64,000 nucleotides of DNA from an uncultured Thermoleophilia bacterium (lineage in GTDB: Bacteria; Actinomycetota; Thermoleophilia; UBA2241). Where the stretch lies: assembly GCA_963715985.1 (NCBI GenBank), contig CAVQSP010000013.1, forward strand, positions 1-64,000, written 5' to 3'. Made by a program: the position numbers and the translations under genes. Below the pieces are notes generated by a model. That model saw only the letters and a program-made list of their open reading frames with translations. It did no database searches and had not been told where the DNA came from. This document shows, piece by piece, positions 60,906 through 64,000 of the stretch; position 1 is the first letter of the stretch, and each line of letters begins with the position of its first letter.

Positions 60906-62537
60906 GTGACAAGTCTCATTGCCGCAACGACTGAGACGGCGGGCGATCAGGCCATCTGGTTCTGGGTGGCCATGGTCCTGTACTTCGTCGTCATCCTATG
61001 GATCGGCGCGACCATCTTCCGCATGCTCAGGCGCAAGGCAGCAGGCGAGCAGGCGAAGGACTACTGGCTGGCGAGCCGTTCCAACAACGCGCTGCTCGTG
61101 GGCTGCAGCATCGCCGCCGGGTGGCTGCTCATCGGCTTCATCACGTGGGCCATCTACAGCACCTACATGTACGGCATCGGCGGAATCTGGGTGATGGTCG
61201 TGCCCTGGTCCATCCTCCTGTTCTGCATGGTGATCCTGGTGCCCAAGGTGCGCTCCATCAAGGCCATCTCGCAGCCACAGATGCTGCAGAACCGCTTCGG
61301 ACTGCCGCTGCGAGTACTGGTCAGCCCGTTCAACATCTTCACCTTCATCATCTGGTCGGCGGCCGAAGTGTGGACGATCGCTCACATCGTCGCCCCGGAG
61401 TTCGGCGTCGAGCCATGGGTCATGTATCTGGCCTTCAGCATCCCCATCGCCGTCTACATGTGGATGGGCGGCTTCCACTCGGTGATCAACTCCAACGTCA
61501 TGCAGTTCTTCATGGCCATCATCTTCGTGACCGTCGTGACGGTCGCCATGGTGGTCGTCGCCTACCGCGACCTGCCCAGCGGCGTGAGTATGGGCACCTA
61601 CTTGAGCAGAGTGGTTCCACCCGGCAGCGGCGAGGGGTACAACGCCTGGAACCTCATACCGCTGGGCGTGCCCTTCATCTTCATCTCCATCGTCGCCCTG
61701 CTGCCCGGCTGGGTGATCGAGGAGGACTGGTGGCTCAAGGCGCAGTCGGCCAACAGCACGCGTCAGGCGCGCAAGGGCATCTGGGCCAACCTCGTGTTCA
61801 ACTACATCTGGGTGCTCATCCTGCCGAGCATCTTCGGCCTGTTCGCGCTCGTCGTGTACCCGCCGGCGACGGCCTACGAGTCGGAGCTCGGCGGCGACGC
61901 GTACTCCATCATGACCACGTTCCTCACGGGCCACTTCCCATTCTGGGCCCTGGTCGTCCTGTTCCCGATGCTGGCGGCGCTGTCGATGTCGACGATGGCG
62001 ACCTTCACTAACGTGTGCGCCCTCAACATCAGCTACGACATCCTGCAGCCTCTGGTGTACCGCAAGCGCGGCTGGAGCGACGACAGGATCATGGCCTGGA
62101 GCCGGGCCTGGTCGCTGATCGTGTGCGGCGTGATGATCGGGGTCGCCTTCGGCATCGACTTCCTCCCGAGGGGCCTGTGGGACGCCTACTACCTGTCCAG
62201 TGGGGTGCTGACCGCCGGCGTGGCTGTGCCGGTGCTCGCCATGTTCTGGAAGCGCGCCAACCTGCCCGGCGCCTTCGCGGGCTCGCTGGTCGGCGGCCTC
62301 ACCGCCTTCATCGGCTACTTCGTCGAGAAATACGTGTTCGAGTTCGACTACTGGCCGTCCTGGCTGGCGGCGAGCGCCCTCGGCTACGCCGTCTGGGGCG
62401 CCATCGCCGGCGTCGTCACACTGATCGTGGTGACACTGCTCACCGCGCCGCCGTCGCAGGAGAAGCTCGACGCCATCTCGGCGCAGCCGGTCGACGACCA
62501 CGCCGAGTTCTTCGCCGGGGCCCGCGAGACGGGCTGA
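60906..62537 (+). CDS. Sodium:solute symporter family protein
   Basis: DYWLASRS, MWMGGFHSVINSNVMQF, AALSMST, FWKRANLPGA and VTLLTAPPS; many TMs. Confidence 0.9.
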   Translation: MTSLIAATTETAGDQAIWFWVAMVLYFVVILWIGATIFRMLRRKAAGEQAKDYWLASRSNNALLVGCSIAAGWLLIGFITWAIYSTYMYGIGGIWVMVVPWSILLFCMVILVPKVRSIKAISQPQMLQNRFGLPLRVLVSPFNIFTFIIWSAAEVWTIAHIVAPEFGVEPWVMYLAFSIPIAVYMWMGGFHSVINSNVMQFFMAIIFVTVVTVAMVVVAYRDLPSGVSMGTYLSRVVPPGSGEGYNAWNLIPLGVPFIFISIVALLPGWVIEEDWWLKAQSANSTRQARKGIWANLVFNYIWVLILPSIFGLFALVVYPPATAYESELGGDAYSIMTTFLTGHFPFWALVVLFPMLAALSMSTMATFTNVCALNISYDILQPLVYRKRGWSDDRIMAWSRAWSLIVCGVMIGVAFGIDFLPRGLWDAYYLSSGVLTAGVAVPVLAMFWKRANLPGAFAGSLVGGLTAFIGYFVEKYVFEFDYWPSWLAASALGYAVWGAIAGVVTLIVVTLLTAPPSQEKLDAISAQPVDDHAEFFAGARETG

Positions 62538-62562
62538 CGACGCGGCAGGAAGGGAGGGCGAA

Positions 62563-63012
62563 ATGGCCGACACCATCGTAGTCGGGTACGACGGCTCGAA
62601 CGCGGCAAAGGCGGCGCTGGGAGAGGCCATCGATCTCGCGAAGGGCATGCCGGACGGCGAGATCGTGATCGCCTGCGGTCACGATCGCACCCCGGGATGG
62701 CTGGGCTACGAGCCGCTGTGGAAGGCGGCCATCGAGATGGAGAGGCTCTGGGACGAGATGGAGGCCAAGATCGTCGCGGATCTCGAAGAAGCCGCGGCCA
62801 CGGTGCGTGCCGCCGGGCTCGCGGCCGCGACCGCCTGCAGTCGCGGCAAGCCGGCGGCGATCGTGGCCGGCGTGGCTCGAGACGCCGGCGCGCGGATGAT
62901 CGTCGTGGGTGCCAGGGGAGCCGGAGCCGGGGAGGAGACGACGGTCCTGGGGTCGACGACCACAGAGCTTCTGCACACGGCCCGCGTGCCCGTCCTGGTC
63001 GTGCCTGCCTGA
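62563..63012 (+). CDS. Universal stress protein
   Basis: IVVGYDGS..IVVGARG..LGSTTTELLHTARVPVLVVP. Confidence 0.92.
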   Translation: MADTIVVGYDGSNAAKAALGEAIDLAKGMPDGEIVIACGHDRTPGWLGYEPLWKAAIEMERLWDEMEAKIVADLEEAAATVRAAGLAAATACSRGKPAAIVAGVARDAGARMIVVGARGAGAGEETTVLGSTTTELLHTARVPVLVVPA

Positions 63013-63309
63013 AGACGCTCGCCGGCGCTGCTCGAGAGAGGAAGACCGGTGAGCCGCTGGTCCTGCGGCCGGCGACGGGCCCTGCGGCGCGTCGCCGGCC
63101 GCGGCTTGGACCGGCCGGATCAGGTCCACAGCCGCGTGTGACGGGCCGCGCTCCGTTGGCACCCGGACGGTCATTCTGTTGGCCGGCGCGGCGCACCCGC
63201 GTACCATCGACGGCATGATCACGATGACTGAGGGGGCAGGCGCGGGCGACGACTCCTACGGCCGCGGAAATGGCCTCGGGCTGAGGCAGGGAGCGTGAAC
63301 GCCGGCGTC

Positions 63310-63976
63310 ATGGGGAGCGAGACGGTGTACGACGCGGTGATCTTCGACCTCGACGGCACCCTCGTGGACACGCTGGAGGACATCGGCGACGCCATGAACA
63401 GGGTGCTGGCGGCGGAAGACGCGCCGCCGCACAGCTACCAGGAGTATCGCTATCTCGTGGGCCGGGGGCTCTGGAACCTGGCGGAGGAGTCGCTCCCCCC
63501 GCAGCTGCGCGACGAAGAGACCGTGGCACGGTGCTACGAGCGCATGATCGCCGACTACGGCGAGCACGCCCTCATCAAGACACACGTGTACGAGGGCGTG
63601 CCGACGCTGGTGCGCGGTCTGCGGCACGCCGGCCTGCCACTGGCCGTGTTCTCCAACAAGTCGGACGAGCTCACGCGCCGCGTCGTGGAGGCGCTTCTGG
63701 ACCCGCGCGACTTCACGGCCGTGGTCGGGCGCCCGCGCGGGCGTCCCGCTCAAGCCGGACCCGGCGGTGGCGCTGGAGCTGGCCGGCCGGATGCGCGTGC
63801 CGCCGGAGCGCATCGCGTACCTCGGCGACTCGCTGGTGGACATGCAGACCGCCACGGCGGCCGGCATGGTCGCCGTGGGCGCCTCTTGGGGTTTCCGCAC
63901 CACGGCGGAGCTCATGGAGAGCGGCGCCCGGGTGGTGATCGACGATCCGAGGGAGCTGCTCGAGCTGCGCGGGTAG
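63310..63976 (+). CDS. HAD-family hydrolase (phosphoglycolate phosphatase-like), frameshift near 63735
   Basis: IFDLDGTLVDT, FSNK, KPDP, YLGDSLVD and WGFR. Confidence 0.88.
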
Positions 63977-64000
63977 GGCGGCGGTCGGGCCCGCGCGGCG

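Overview
High-GC bacterial window, probably Actinomycetota (Thermoleophilia-like; inferred from gene content). Many genes, including V-ATPase subunit A, have single-base frameshifts, most likely long-read indel errors, so split ORFs are reported as joined genes. (1) 1-15.6 kb is a defence island. A type I R-M operon has hsdM-hsdS separated from hsdR by ~11.7 kb of cassettes: AlbA_2, RelE-HTH-SecB (TAC), NYN, XRE-ImmA-PIN, GIY-YIG/DUF4357, a PD-(D/E)xK-like protein, a BrnT-like TA, DUF6941 and AbiE. Three ~280-bp truncated copies of the GIY-YIG 5' end, all lacking the YIG tyrosine, separate the cassettes. (2) 15.9-20.6 kb holds housekeeping and membrane genes. (3) 20.7-33.1 kb is a putative lipid pathway: LuxE-LuxC without luciferase, divergent from an FGGY kinase/2-hydroxyacid dehydrogenase/SCP2/aldolase fusion, HpnO- and HpnA-like enzymes, an M28 peptidase and a Zn-ADH. 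(4) 34.8-45.4 kb has a triple-FHA ABC exporter, a Ser/Thr kinase-TIR fusion and a candidate new RiPP operon (PqqD/RRE, radical SAM/SPASM, a 193-aa precursor with eight C-[ST]-C motifs, membrane TPR protein). (5) 45.9-59.5 kb has Trk K+ uptake genes and a V/A-type ATPase operon. (6) The end has an SDR flanked by a duplicated atpK 3' end, a Na+:solute symporter, USP and a HAD hydrolase. No rRNA, tRNA, CRISPR array, integrase or transposase was recognised.
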